From Chryseobacterium gleum (GTDB lineage Bacteria > Bacteroidota > Bacteroidia > Flavobacteriales_D > Crocinitomicaceae), in NCBI GenBank assembly GCA_945902775.1, contig CAMDMY010000004.1, forward strand, positions 5,914-69,913: a stretch of 64,000 bases of DNA. Direction: 5' to 3'. Position numbers and translations under genes: made by a program. Under the pieces are notes generated by a model. The model worked only from the letters and a program-made list of their open reading frames with translations, was not told where the DNA came from and ran no database searches. Shown here piece after piece: positions 30,801-40,100 of this stretch; position 1 is the first letter of the stretch; each line of letters starts with the position of its first letter.

Positions 30801-30848
30801 CTTAAGAAATTAATGTCATTGAATTTAGTTAACAAAAAAACGGTTTAA
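27834..30848 (+). CDS. ABCG-type (ATPase plus ABC-2 permease) transporter with a roughly 260-aa N-terminal cytosolic module (possibly TerB-like plus FHA-like)
   Basis: Walker A GGSGAGKTTLLNVLSG, signature ISGGQRKRLNIALE, Walker B LFVDEPTSGLS, then multiple TM helices. The N-terminal domain calls are weak and pattern-based. Confidence 0.85.
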   Translation: MSEEILKALMQLFAIIYKQDTGGEKIQDNYVREFLLSQISRERFDTYFDQYTEYINAESSETGEVKRTSVKDSVRTLAICKRINKTLSQKQKSIVLVRITEFIHITETISPLRLELLATISEVFKIEKKESENILAFTAAKSLDDVISNEDFQLYLDKEYFNVNDGRVYNKDGLNAIFYFCLIESAGIVLFRFFGDITVNLNGLQIKENKTYVVNDGSTIRTPKSSVFFSEILTNIRKKGTSENILFDASIPKYTFPNGKVALEGIEIVEESGTLFGIMGGSGAGKTTLLNVLSGIEPTDQATVLLNGYDIKTNEAKANVGFIPQDDLLMEELSVFQNLYYNAKLLNDTWNEVELNERIEKVLKELGLFEIKDITVGNPLNKKISGGQRKRLNIALELIREPLVLFVDEPTSGLSSKDSENVMQLLKHLTQTGKIIFVVIHQPASEIYKLFDKLFILDVGGLPVYYGNPIEAVIYFKTITNQINHEIGECGSCGNVTPEQIFDTLEDKEIDDFGNFTQHRKIKPDTWNKYFKEKFTPKDVVKDKEYDKLVTINPPSLLKQFFVFFTRDILSRFNDKQYVLIALLEAPVLAALLSFIVKSSNNTDNEYTFSMNENVPAYIFMLIIVALFVGLTISAEEIFKDQKILKREKFLRLSRLSYLKSKAVYLTLLSIVQSFLLCAVGNLIIELYDNFFYYWMLIFSVFVFGNILGLLLSSSFKTIVTIYIIIPLIVIPQMILGGAMFKFENLNKSMGGGHHIPVVSNLMVSKWAYEGIMVAQFSQNKYEKEVFEYEQLLSEYNYRTSYLYPYLTDVLNDQLTGRKTEKNKCSDTVYTTLKFEATKTIAKSMLTYDLNDKSIGNAQKFIDDLTNLYQDKQNELSRLKDEKVITLNKKLGKNSLMNLKRGFQNDASSDIVQNSTTKKKYFVENNRVYQNYDHIFLRDHLNPDYNLEGSFMFVPIKSFFGNQIPTFWYNIIIIWLFNILLFIALYFDVLKKLMSLNLVNKKTV

Positions 30849-30878
30849 AATTTAGATTACAACAATAAATACATTAGC

Positions 30879-31784
30879 ATGAAAAAAAATACATTAACAA
30901 CTTTCTTTTTAGGTTTATTATTAGTTTCAATTGTAATGACAGGGTGTTCAGGAAATTCTGAAAACTCTATCGAAAATCAAATTAATAAAAAAGAAGAGTC
31001 TAAAGTTAAAGTGAGTAAAGAGGCTATAGATCAATTGATTCAATCTTTTCCATCGCCAATTGAGACTTCTATCATTATTAAAAAAGCAGGAAATGCATTT
31101 AGTAGTGAATTATTAATTCCAACTAAAAAATTAGATCGTTTTGTTTCAAGCTATGACAAAGCAATGGCAATGGGTGCTTTTGGAGGGGATATGGGATATA
31201 TCAATATTTATGAAAAATCTTTCGTCGCAATTGATTATTTAGCAGCTATACGTTTACTTTCTGCTGATTTAGAAATTGATCGTTTCTTTGATTTTGAAGA
31301 TATGATTAGAATGGCTAAAAGCTCTAGTAATATTGATTCTTTGCAAAGAATGTCAACTGAGAGTTTTAATAACATGGAAAAGTATCTTCGAGAGAAAGGG
31401 AGAGATGAATTAAGTGTTTTAATAGTTTTTGGAACTTGGTTGGAAGGCGCATATATTATATCGTATATAACAAACGATAACATGTCAGAAGAAATGCAAA
31501 ATCGTGTTGCTGAACAAAAAGAATGCGTAGAGAAAATTAATAAAATTCTTGTTTCTGCATCAAACGATAAATATTTTGCAAATTTAGCCAGACAGTTGAA
31601 GCCTTTAGTTAAGCTATATGAAAATGTGAAAATTGAAAAAATTATGAGAGAACCTGAAATGAAAGAAGTGGATGGTCAATTAATTTTTATTGATAAAAGT
31701 GAAACTAAAATAATCAAACCAGATGGTTTAGTTCAAGATATTGTTAATGAAACGGTTAAATTAAGAAACCAACTATTAAAATAA
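30879..31784 (+). CDS. Lipoprotein of unknown function
   Basis: Lipobox IVMTGC after a signal peptide. 301 aa, largely helical composition. Confidence 0.7.
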   Translation: MKKNTLTTFFLGLLLVSIVMTGCSGNSENSIENQINKKEESKVKVSKEAIDQLIQSFPSPIETSIIIKKAGNAFSSELLIPTKKLDRFVSSYDKAMAMGAFGGDMGYINIYEKSFVAIDYLAAIRLLSADLEIDRFFDFEDMIRMAKSSSNIDSLQRMSTESFNNMEKYLREKGRDELSVLIVFGTWLEGAYIISYITNDNMSEEMQNRVAEQKECVEKINKILVSASNDKYFANLARQLKPLVKLYENVKIEKIMREPEMKEVDGQLIFIDKSETKIIKPDGLVQDIVNETVKLRNQLLK

Positions 31785-31791
31785 TATTGAC

Positions 31792-32244
31792 ATGAAAACG
31801 AAAGGTTATATAATTATAGTATTCATTGCTCTGGGATGCCTAGTTTCGTTTATTTCAAGTCCGAAAGGTGGGACCAAATGTACAGGTGATGATGAATATG
31901 CAGTTGGAATAGGAAGTTTAGGCGCTTACTCATTAATAAAAGATTATAGGATTAGTATGAAGGCTGGAGATGATGCTCCAAATTTTATGATTTCACTAAA
32001 GGCTGGTTTGAAGTATCGATTTTTACCAATTCAGAATCCAGACAATAAGAAAAAAATGATTTTGTCTATTTACATGAATCAACAAAAAGGGATGATGCTA
32101 GCTACTTCTTTTAATAAAGCTACAGGTAAACATTATCCAAATATCGATTTTGCATGTAGAACAACAGGTTCTTTTTATATTTTCTTCGAAATGGAAGATG
32201 GTGAAAAAGGATGTGGTGTAGGTATGTTCTCTGTAGCAAATTAA
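31792..32244 (+). CDS. Small exported or membrane-anchored protein of unknown function
   Basis: 150 aa with an N-terminal hydrophobic segment. Starts 8 nt after the previous gene. Confidence 0.6.
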   Translation: MKTKGYIIIVFIALGCLVSFISSPKGGTKCTGDDEYAVGIGSLGAYSLIKDYRISMKAGDDAPNFMISLKAGLKYRFLPIQNPDNKKKMILSIYMNQQKGMMLATSFNKATGKHYPNIDFACRTTGSFYIFFEMEDGEKGCGVGMFSVAN

Positions 32245-32268
32245 AATTATAAAGAGTTAATTTTTTGT

Positions 32269-32300
32269 ATGGGTGGTATATTTATCACCCATTTTTTTTT
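32269..32300 (+). terminator. Rho-independent terminator
   Basis: atgggtg, 10-nt loop, cacccat, followed by a run of 9 T. Confidence 0.7.
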
Positions 32301-32324
32301 GAAACTTTCATTGTTTTAGGGGAC

Positions 32325-33200
32325 TCAGATTAGTAGTTTCAAGATTTCTTTTGCCTCTTTTACATCATGAACTCGAAGAATTGAGGCCCCTTTGAGTATA
32401 GAGATTGTATTTAAAATAGATGTTCCATTTAAAGCTTCGGATGGTTCAATATTTAATTTTTTATAAATCATAGATTTTCTTGAAACTCCAGCTAATAAAG
32501 GTTTACCAAGTATTTTAAATTGATTCATTTGGTGCAATAATGTGTGATTTTGTTCTAGTGTTTTGCTAAATCCAAAACCTGGATCTAAAATAACATCATT
32601 TACACCGATGGATTTTAATTCACTTAATTTTTTTGAAAAATAGCTTGAAATTGAAGTGAATAAATTATCATAATTTGTTTCAAATTGCATAGTAGATGGT
32701 GTACCTTTCATATGCATTAAAATGTAAGGACATTTGTATTTATCAAGTACTTTAAATAATTCATTATCAATGCTCCATCCACTAATATCATTAATAATAT
32801 TTATGCCGTTTTCTAAGCCAACTGAAGCAACTTCAGATCTAAATGTATCAAGAGATAAATAAATTTCAGGAAACTCTTTTCGTATTGATGTAATAGCAGG
32901 TAAAACACGATCGATTTCTTCTTTTATAGTGATTTCTTTTGCACCTGGACGGGAAGAATATCCACCAATATCAATAATGTCTACGCCTTCTTTAATTTGT
33001 TTTTCAACATGAACTAATAGTGTTTTTTCAGATTGAATTTGACTTTCAGAATAAAATGAATCAGGGGTGCAATTTATAATCCCCATTATTTTAGGTTTTG
33101 ATAAATCAAATAATTTATCCTTCAATCTTAGTTGATTAATTGTTGGAAAATATGTATCTTCAACCCTTAAATTGCGCATATTTTTTATTAAATGAGTCAT
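32325..33200 (-). CDS. folP: Dihydropteroate synthase
   Basis: IMGIINCTPDSF, DIGGYSSRPGA, DPGFGFSKT, GVSRKS. The start may lie at an internal Met (MRNLRV...). Confidence 0.92.
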   Translation of the reverse strand: MTHLIKNMRNLRVEDTYFPTINQLRLKDKLFDLSKPKIMGIINCTPDSFYSESQIQSEKTLLVHVEKQIKEGVDIIDIGGYSSRPGAKEITIKEEIDRVLPAITSIRKEFPEIYLSLDTFRSEVASVGLENGINIINDISGWSIDNELFKVLDKYKCPYILMHMKGTPSTMQFETNYDNLFTSISSYFSKKLSELKSIGVNDVILDPGFGFSKTLEQNHTLLHQMNQFKILGKPLLAGVSRKSMIYKKLNIEPSEALNGTSILNTISILKGASILRVHDVKEAKEILKLLI

Positions 33201-33728
33201 ACTTCTTTAGAATATACAAATGTAATCAATGTTTGTCGAGAAATTTTCTCTAAGAAAACAAAAGATTACGGAACGGCTTGGAGAATACTTCGACCTAGTT
33301 CATTAACGGATCAAATATTTATTAAAGCCCAAAGAATCAGAACTATACAAGTAACTGGTGAGAATAAAGTGGGGGAAAGTATTAACGATGAATTCATTGC
33401 AATTGTAAATTATTGTATAATGGCAATAATTCAAGTGCGAGAAATTGAAATAAAGGATATTGATTTAAATCCTGATTTAGCTATTTCTTTATATGATAAA
33501 TATTCAAAAGAAGCCTTCGATTTGATGATGAAAAAAAACCATGATTACGGAGAAGCATGGAGAGATATGCGTGTAAGTTCTTTAACAGATTTGATTTTAA
33601 TGAAGATTTTACGTGTAAAACAAATCGAAGATAATAATGGGGCAACTCTTATTAGCGAAGGTATTGATGCAAATTATTTTGATATGTTGAATTATTCAGC
33701 ATTTTCATTAATTCATTTAAATAATTAA
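33192..33728 (+). CDS. DUF1599 domain protein
   Basis: Two internal repeats: KDYGTAWRILRPSSLTDQIFIKAQRIR and HDYGEAWRDMRVSSLTDLILMKILRVKQIE. Confidence 0.8.
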   Translation: MSHTSLEYTNVINVCREIFSKKTKDYGTAWRILRPSSLTDQIFIKAQRIRTIQVTGENKVGESINDEFIAIVNYCIMAIIQVREIEIKDIDLNPDLAISLYDKYSKEAFDLMMKKNHDYGEAWRDMRVSSLTDLILMKILRVKQIEDNNGATLISEGIDANYFDMLNYSAFSLIHLNN

Positions 33729-33736
33729 TTAATCAT

Positions 33737-35491
33737 ATGAATCAGCCAATTACAATTCAGGGGAGATCGTTACTTTTTAATACACTTTTTATTCTGTTAA
33801 ATTTAACAGGACTAACTTTTGTAACAATTGGATTTCATGAGAATTTCAAAGACAATTCAATCGTTTATATAACAATTGGTGCTATATTAATGCTGACAAC
33901 TATTGTCGGACTTTTGATTTTTCAAGGTAGGCTGATGATGTCAGCAGTTTCGAGAGTGTTAGTTGGAGGATTGTGTATAGTTTCAGGATTGGTTAAAGCA
34001 AATGACCCAGTCGGATTTTCATATAAATTAGCAGAATATTTTGAAGATGGCGCATTAGCTTACAGAATCAAAGATTGGTTTCATTCACCTGGATTTTCAC
34101 TTGAATTTTTGATAGATTTTGCTTTACCATTAAGTGTTATTGTCTGTATAGCTGAAATCGTTTTAGGTGTTTTATTAATCATTGGTGGGAAAATTAAAAC
34201 GGTAGCTTATTTAACATTGTTTATGATGTTGTTTTTTACTTTTTTAACATGGCACACAGCTAATTGTGATCCAAATAAAAAGTTTATTGATAGAGATACT
34301 TACTCAATGTCTGATAATTTAGCTTTGCTTAAAATGGAAGAAGTAAAGACTAATAAAGATGTTAAAATCCATTTGAAGACGGCAGAAAATTTAGTAGTAG
34401 ATGAACTTAAATCACCTCAATGTGTTGATGACTGTGGTTGTTTTGGTGATGCTATGAAAGGCTCAGTGGGAAGGTCTTTAACTCCTAAAGAATCATTGTG
34501 GAAAGATATAATTTTAGTTTATCTAGTTCTATGGATATTTTTGAGTCAATGGATTATTCTACCGAATACGAGAAAGCAAAACTTAATTTATTCGATTTCT
34601 TCTATCGTTTTAATCTCATTTTTTGCTTGGGTTTTTGGTTGGGGATTCCCAATTTTATTCGGTATTTTGGTTTTATTGGGCGCTTTATGGATAGTAAGAG
34701 CAGGAGGTAAAATTTTAGGCAATTACGGTGGCGCTGCAACTATTGTGACACTAATTTCTATTTTATTTATTTCGTATGTTTTGATGTATGAGCCATTAAA
34801 AGATTACAGACCCTATGCAATTGGAAGTAATTTAATTCAAAAAATGCATGATGGAGTTGAAGGTAAATATGAGAGTTTATTGGTTTATAAGAATAATAAG
34901 ACCGGAGCAACTAAAGAATACTCATCAACATCAAAAGAATATGTAGATTCAAAGATTTGGGAGAAAAAAGATTGGGTATATAAGAGTATGGTTCAAAAAG
35001 CAATTATTGAAACGAAATTACCTTCTATAAATGATTTTGATCCGTTTATTAATATGGATGAGATTAGTAAAGATGAGTTGGCTTTACCTTTTGTCAAAAA
35101 AGCATTAGCAGCTGATTCTGAGATAGCTGAGTTATCTATCAAAGATCTGATTTTAAAGAGTAAAACTATTTTAATGGTTTCTTCAAAAAATCTATCAAAA
35201 GCAAGCAAGCATGAAATTGGGCAATTAAAATCTATTTATTATGGAAGTGTAAAAGCGAAAATTCCTTTTGTTATTGTTTGTAATGCTTCAAGAAATGAAA
35301 TTAATCATTTTAAGAAGAAATATAATTTCAAAGTTCCAATTTTTGTAAATGACGAAAAAACGTTAATGGCTGTTTCAAGGTCTAATCCAACTTTATTGGT
35401 AATAAAAAATGCAGTTGTAAAAGGGAAATATCCTCATAGAGCATTACCTACCTTCGATTGGTTAAAAACAAATATTTTATACAAAAAATGA
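33737..35491 (+). CDS. MauE/DoxX-type polytopic membrane protein with a C-terminal soluble domain (BT_3928-like)
   Basis: Multiple TM helices, DCGCFGDAM motif, 584 aa. Confidence 0.7.
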   Translation: MNQPITIQGRSLLFNTLFILLNLTGLTFVTIGFHENFKDNSIVYITIGAILMLTTIVGLLIFQGRLMMSAVSRVLVGGLCIVSGLVKANDPVGFSYKLAEYFEDGALAYRIKDWFHSPGFSLEFLIDFALPLSVIVCIAEIVLGVLLIIGGKIKTVAYLTLFMMLFFTFLTWHTANCDPNKKFIDRDTYSMSDNLALLKMEEVKTNKDVKIHLKTAENLVVDELKSPQCVDDCGCFGDAMKGSVGRSLTPKESLWKDIILVYLVLWIFLSQWIILPNTRKQNLIYSISSIVLISFFAWVFGWGFPILFGILVLLGALWIVRAGGKILGNYGGAATIVTLISILFISYVLMYEPLKDYRPYAIGSNLIQKMHDGVEGKYESLLVYKNNKTGATKEYSSTSKEYVDSKIWEKKDWVYKSMVQKAIIETKLPSINDFDPFINMDEISKDELALPFVKKALAADSEIAELSIKDLILKSKTILMVSSKNLSKASKHEIGQLKSIYYGSVKAKIPFVIVCNASRNEINHFKKKYNFKVPIFVNDEKTLMAVSRSNPTLLVIKNAVVKGKYPHRALPTFDWLKTNILYKK

Positions 35492-36237
35492 GAAAGAAAA
35501 TAGTTGCAGGAAATTGGAAAATGAATTTAGTATCATCAGAAGCAAATTCATTATTTGATTCAATTTCAGAAAATTTAGCTGATGAATTAATCCCTACAAT
35601 TATGGTATTTCCTCCTTCACTATTTGTTTCTCAGTTGATACAAAAAGGGAATTCTAAAATTGAAATAGGTGTCCAGAATTTTTACCCAAAAGATAAAGGC
35701 GCTTTTACTGGAGAAATTTCTGTGGCTCAAGTAAAAGATCTAGGCTTGTCACAAGTTTTGATTGGTCATTCAGAAAGAAGAGCTTATTTCAATGAAAGTT
35801 CTTCTTTTTTAAAGGACAAGGTAGATGCTGCACTTTCTTATAAATTAGGTATCGTTTTTTGTTGTGGAGAACCACTTGAAATAAGAGAAGCAAATTCTGA
35901 GTTGAACTATGTTAAAAATCAATTAGAAGAAAGTTTATTTCATTTAAGTGAAACTGAAATACAAAAATGTAGTATTGCTTACGAACCAGTTTGGGCTATT
36001 GGAACAGGGATAACTGCCACAACTGAACAAGCAGAAGATATGCACAAAGAAATTAGAAAATGGTTAGCTGAAAGATATTCAAATGAAGTTGCTGAATCTA
36101 TTTCGATTTTATACGGTGGAAGTTGTAATGCTGCAAATGCAAAAGAACTTTTTTCTTGTCCAAATGTGGACGGTGGCTTAATAGGTGGAGCAGCTTTAGA
36201 TAGCACTACTTTTTTACAAATAGCAAATTCATTCTAA
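35488..36237 (+). CDS. tpiA: Triosephosphate isomerase
   Basis: MRKKIVAGNWKMN, IGHSERR, AYEPVWAIGTG. The start is set at the internal ATG 35488, which forms an ATGA overlap with the upstream stop, rather than the track start 35458. Confidence 0.93.
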   Translation: MRKKIVAGNWKMNLVSSEANSLFDSISENLADELIPTIMVFPPSLFVSQLIQKGNSKIEIGVQNFYPKDKGAFTGEISVAQVKDLGLSQVLIGHSERRAYFNESSSFLKDKVDAALSYKLGIVFCCGEPLEIREANSELNYVKNQLEESLFHLSETEIQKCSIAYEPVWAIGTGITATTEQAEDMHKEIRKWLAERYSNEVAESISILYGGSCNAANAKELFSCPNVDGGLIGGAALDSTTFLQIANSF

Positions 36238-37076
36238 TGGATTACATAGAATTAACAATAGATTTAACACCTAGAAATCCCTGGTCTGAAATATTGACAG
36301 CTGAATTATCAGAATTGGGGTTTGATAGTTTTGTTGATACTGAAACAGGGATTCAAGCATATGCTCCTGTTGAAGGTTTTGATATGGATTTTATTGTTAA
36401 AAACTCTCTTCTTTCAAGAGAAAATAAAGATATTAAGATTGAATTTGAAAAAGTTATTATTCCACATCAAAATTGGAATGCTCAATGGGAATCAGATTTT
36501 CATCCTGTTGAAGTAGAGGATTATTTAACAATCGTAGCTCCATTTCATTCTAAAGAAGATAAAAAAGGAATGATTGTGGAAATACAACCACAAATGTCTT
36601 TTGGAACTGGTCATCATCAAACAACTTGGTTAATGTCCAAATTTCTTTTTGAAATTGGCCAATTACCTGATTCAGTTCTGGATATGGGTACAGGTACTGG
36701 TGTATTAGCGATAATTGCTGAGAAATTAGGAGCCAAAAATATTCTTGCGATTGATATTGAAGATTGGTCAGCTGTCAATGCAAAAGAAAATTCTGAGCGT
36801 AATAATTGTTTGGAAATAGAAACATATTGCGGTGATATAGAATTAATTGAGGGTAAATCTTTTGGTTTGATTATTGCCAATATCAATAAAAATGTTTTAA
36901 AAGCTCAAATTCCAAGTTATAGTAGCACACTTAAAGTTGGTGGAACACTTTTATTGAGTGGTTTTTTTGAATCAGATGCTGATGAAATGATTCTTTTCTC
37001 AAAAGCTCATCAATTAAAAATGGTAAAAGTATTTACAAAAGAAACGTGGTCAGCCATTCAATTAATTAAAGAATAA
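36237..37076 (+). CDS. prmA: Ribosomal protein L11 methyltransferase
   Basis: SFGTGHHQTT, DMGTGTGVLAI. TAATG overlap with tpiA. Confidence 0.9.
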   Translation: MDYIELTIDLTPRNPWSEILTAELSELGFDSFVDTETGIQAYAPVEGFDMDFIVKNSLLSRENKDIKIEFEKVIIPHQNWNAQWESDFHPVEVEDYLTIVAPFHSKEDKKGMIVEIQPQMSFGTGHHQTTWLMSKFLFEIGQLPDSVLDMGTGTGVLAIIAEKLGAKNILAIDIEDWSAVNAKENSERNNCLEIETYCGDIELIEGKSFGLIIANINKNVLKAQIPSYSSTLKVGGTLLLSGFFESDADEMILFSKAHQLKMVKVFTKETWSAIQLIKE

Positions 37077-37102
37077 AAGGTTTAAATTTAATTCTTCCTA
37101 TT

Positions 37103-40100
37103 ATGTTTAAGGTAATAAGTATATTAGTTTTTAGTATAATTTTTAGTTCGTGTTTTTTCGGACAAACTTTTTCATATGATAAAGAAAAATTCACAAAAGA
37201 ATTTGAAAAATCACTCAATGATTTTGGGCGAGGTGAATTTAAAGATTTCGCAAAGAGGGATTTGCCTTATTTACTTTTAGAAACCTCTGAATTCCCGAAC
37301 GATTTTTTCCAGAAAATGGTTTCTACTTGTAACTTAATGGAAACTAAGAGGATGCAACCTTTTCCTGAAATTTACAATTATGTATTTTCAGTTTATTCAT
37401 TAATTAAAGGAAAGCAAACTTCGGCTAGTTTTAATGCTTGGCAAAGTTCAGTAGATAAGATGTTAGATGCGAAAAATGTAAAGAAATTTGAAGATTTTAT
37501 AGGATTTTCAGCATTGTATTTTTCTAGAAGCATTTTGTGTGATAATGCAAATTTTGATTGGTATTATTTAGGAGGTCAATATTCTTTTGAATATACGGAT
37601 AAACCAATTTTTAAATGTTCAAAAGGCCAATTAGCTTGTAGAGTTTCGAATACAAATGAAAAAACTAAAAAGGAGCATCCATATGTAGATAGTATTGTTG
37701 TTTGGAATACAACAGGTTCGTATGATCCAATTGCCAAAAAGTGGATCGGAATAGGAGGTACAGTTACTTGGGAAAAAGTCGGTTTGGCAAGGGCAAAAAC
37801 TTCTGCTGAATTGAAAACATATGAAGTTTCAACTAGGGTTTCAACATTTTCAGCTGATTCTGTAATTTTAACAACTCCTTATTTTACTAAAACTATTAAA
37901 GGCAGAATTGCAGATAGAGCTTTTAAAGTAAATCGTGACGAAGATCGAATTTACCCTCAGTTTACTTCTTATGAAAGACGATTACCAATAAAGCAAATTA
38001 AGCCGAATGTAGATTATGACGGAGGATTTTCTTTACAAGGATCTAGTTTCGTTGGAATAGGTTTTCCAAAAGAACCTGCTTCGATGATTATTTCGAGAAA
38101 TGGACAGACTTTTATCACTGCAACTTCTCAAGAGTTTACAGTTTCACCAACTGAAATTCATGGAATGAATACTGCGATAAAATTAATGTGTAATGGAAAT
38201 AATGATTCTATAATTCATCCAGGTGTTGATTTTCAGTATGTTTTTGACAGGAAGTCAGTTGAAATGACGAGGACGAAATCAGGTAATGGTCAGTCTCCAT
38301 TTTTTAACTCGTATCATCAACTTGATATGTATATGCCAAAATTAACTTGGAATACAGAATCTACAGATTTGATAATGGCTTACGAGATTGGTACAAGTCA
38401 AGAACAAAGAGTTGCGAGGTTTGAGTCGAAAAATTATTTTGATGTGAAATTATTTGATCGTCTGCAAGGAATGGAAGCAATTCATCCATTGGTGGCCATT
38501 TCAAATTATTGTTTTAAAAATGATGAACACATTTTACCAGAAGGAAAAGTAGCTACAGCACTTCACAAAACAGTTGAAGAAGCAAAACCAATGTTATTAG
38601 AACTAGCGAATTACGGCTTTATAAGCTATGATACTGAAGCTAAGATGATTACTGTAAATCCGAAGTTGGATAATTTTGTATTCTCAAAGTCAGGTAAAAA
38701 AGACTTTGACAATTTAATTTTTAATACTGATTTAAGGCCAAAAGAATTAAAGGGATATACGGAAAAACAGATAGAAAAAGATGAAAATTTACAATATATT
38801 TTAAAGGAATATGTTGAGCAAAATGAAGTTCGAAGAATGATGACTGAATTTGGTAAAATGAGTCTAAGTTCAATGGAGTTAAATTTAAAAGCGATTGATT
38901 TTATAAATATTTCTGATGCTCAAAGCACAGTTATTTTCCCAACAAACAAAGAAGTGATTTTGAAAAAAGATCGAAATTTTGATTTTGTAGGATGGATAAA
39001 CTCTGGTAAGATGGAAATCAATGTATTAGCATCATCATTTAACTATAAAGAATATAAATTCACAATTCAGAAAACATATAAATCATTATTTAGAGTAAAA
39101 CCATTGTCTGAAAATGATGGGAAAAAACCGATTGCGATGATGAGTAGTATAAATGGTATTGTTGGTGAATTATTTATAGATCATCCCACAAATAGATCTG
39201 GTCAAAGTTCAAAGTTTACAGATTATCCTCAATTGAAAGTTTCTAGACCTTCTTATGTTTACTATAATTCACAAGCTATTTATAGAGGAACATACGATAG
39301 TAGTCGTTTTTACTATACTGTAGATCCTTTTTTTATTGATAGTCTTGACAATTTTGAAGAAAAATCTTTTCGAGTAATTGGGGAACTAACATCAGCAGGT
39401 ATTTTCCCGAAATTTAGAGAGAATTTAACCATTATGCCTGATTATTCTTTTGGATTTTCTACTAAAGCTCCAGCGGGAGGGTATGATTTTTATGGAGCAG
39501 GTTCAAAATATGATAATAAAATCATATTGTCAAATAATGGTTTACAAGGTGCTGGAATAATAAATTATGTTCATTCTAGTTCTGACTCTAAAGGATATAC
39601 ATTTTTCCCTGATTCGACAATTGGGTTAGCAAAATTCACAAATAAACCAATTGAAGTTGGTGTTCAATTCCCAGATGTTAATTGTGAGGCAGCCAATGTA
39701 ACCTATGTTCCAAAGAAAAACTTATTAAAAGCAACCTCTACACCAATGTTTGATTTGTTGTTTTTCAACTCTGAAGCAAAATTGCGAGGAACAGCTTTTG
39801 TAAGACAAAGTGGGTTGAGAGGAACTGGTTTAATGAATTTTAAAAATGCGACAATGCTTTCGGATGACTATGAGTTCACTCGTTGGGAAATGGATGCAGA
39901 TACGACTGGATTTAGTTTGAAGAATCAGTATTTAGAAGGCGATGAAGAACCGATTGCCTTGAAAACTGATAACGTTCAAGGTCACGTTTCTTTTAAGGAA
40001 AGAAAAGGTGAATTTAAATCAAATAATGGGGAAGCTAGACTTGATTTCCCTATTAATCAGTATTTCTGTACCATGGATAAATTTACTTGGTTTATGGATT

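Noticed and set aside
33192-33200. Divergent folP and DUF1599 start codons overlapping in the palindromic ATGAGTCAT
   Set aside because: This is probably an annotation artefact. folP has an in-frame internal Met (MRNLRV...) that gives a more typical N-terminal length and removes the overlap. It cannot be decided without alignment or TSS data.
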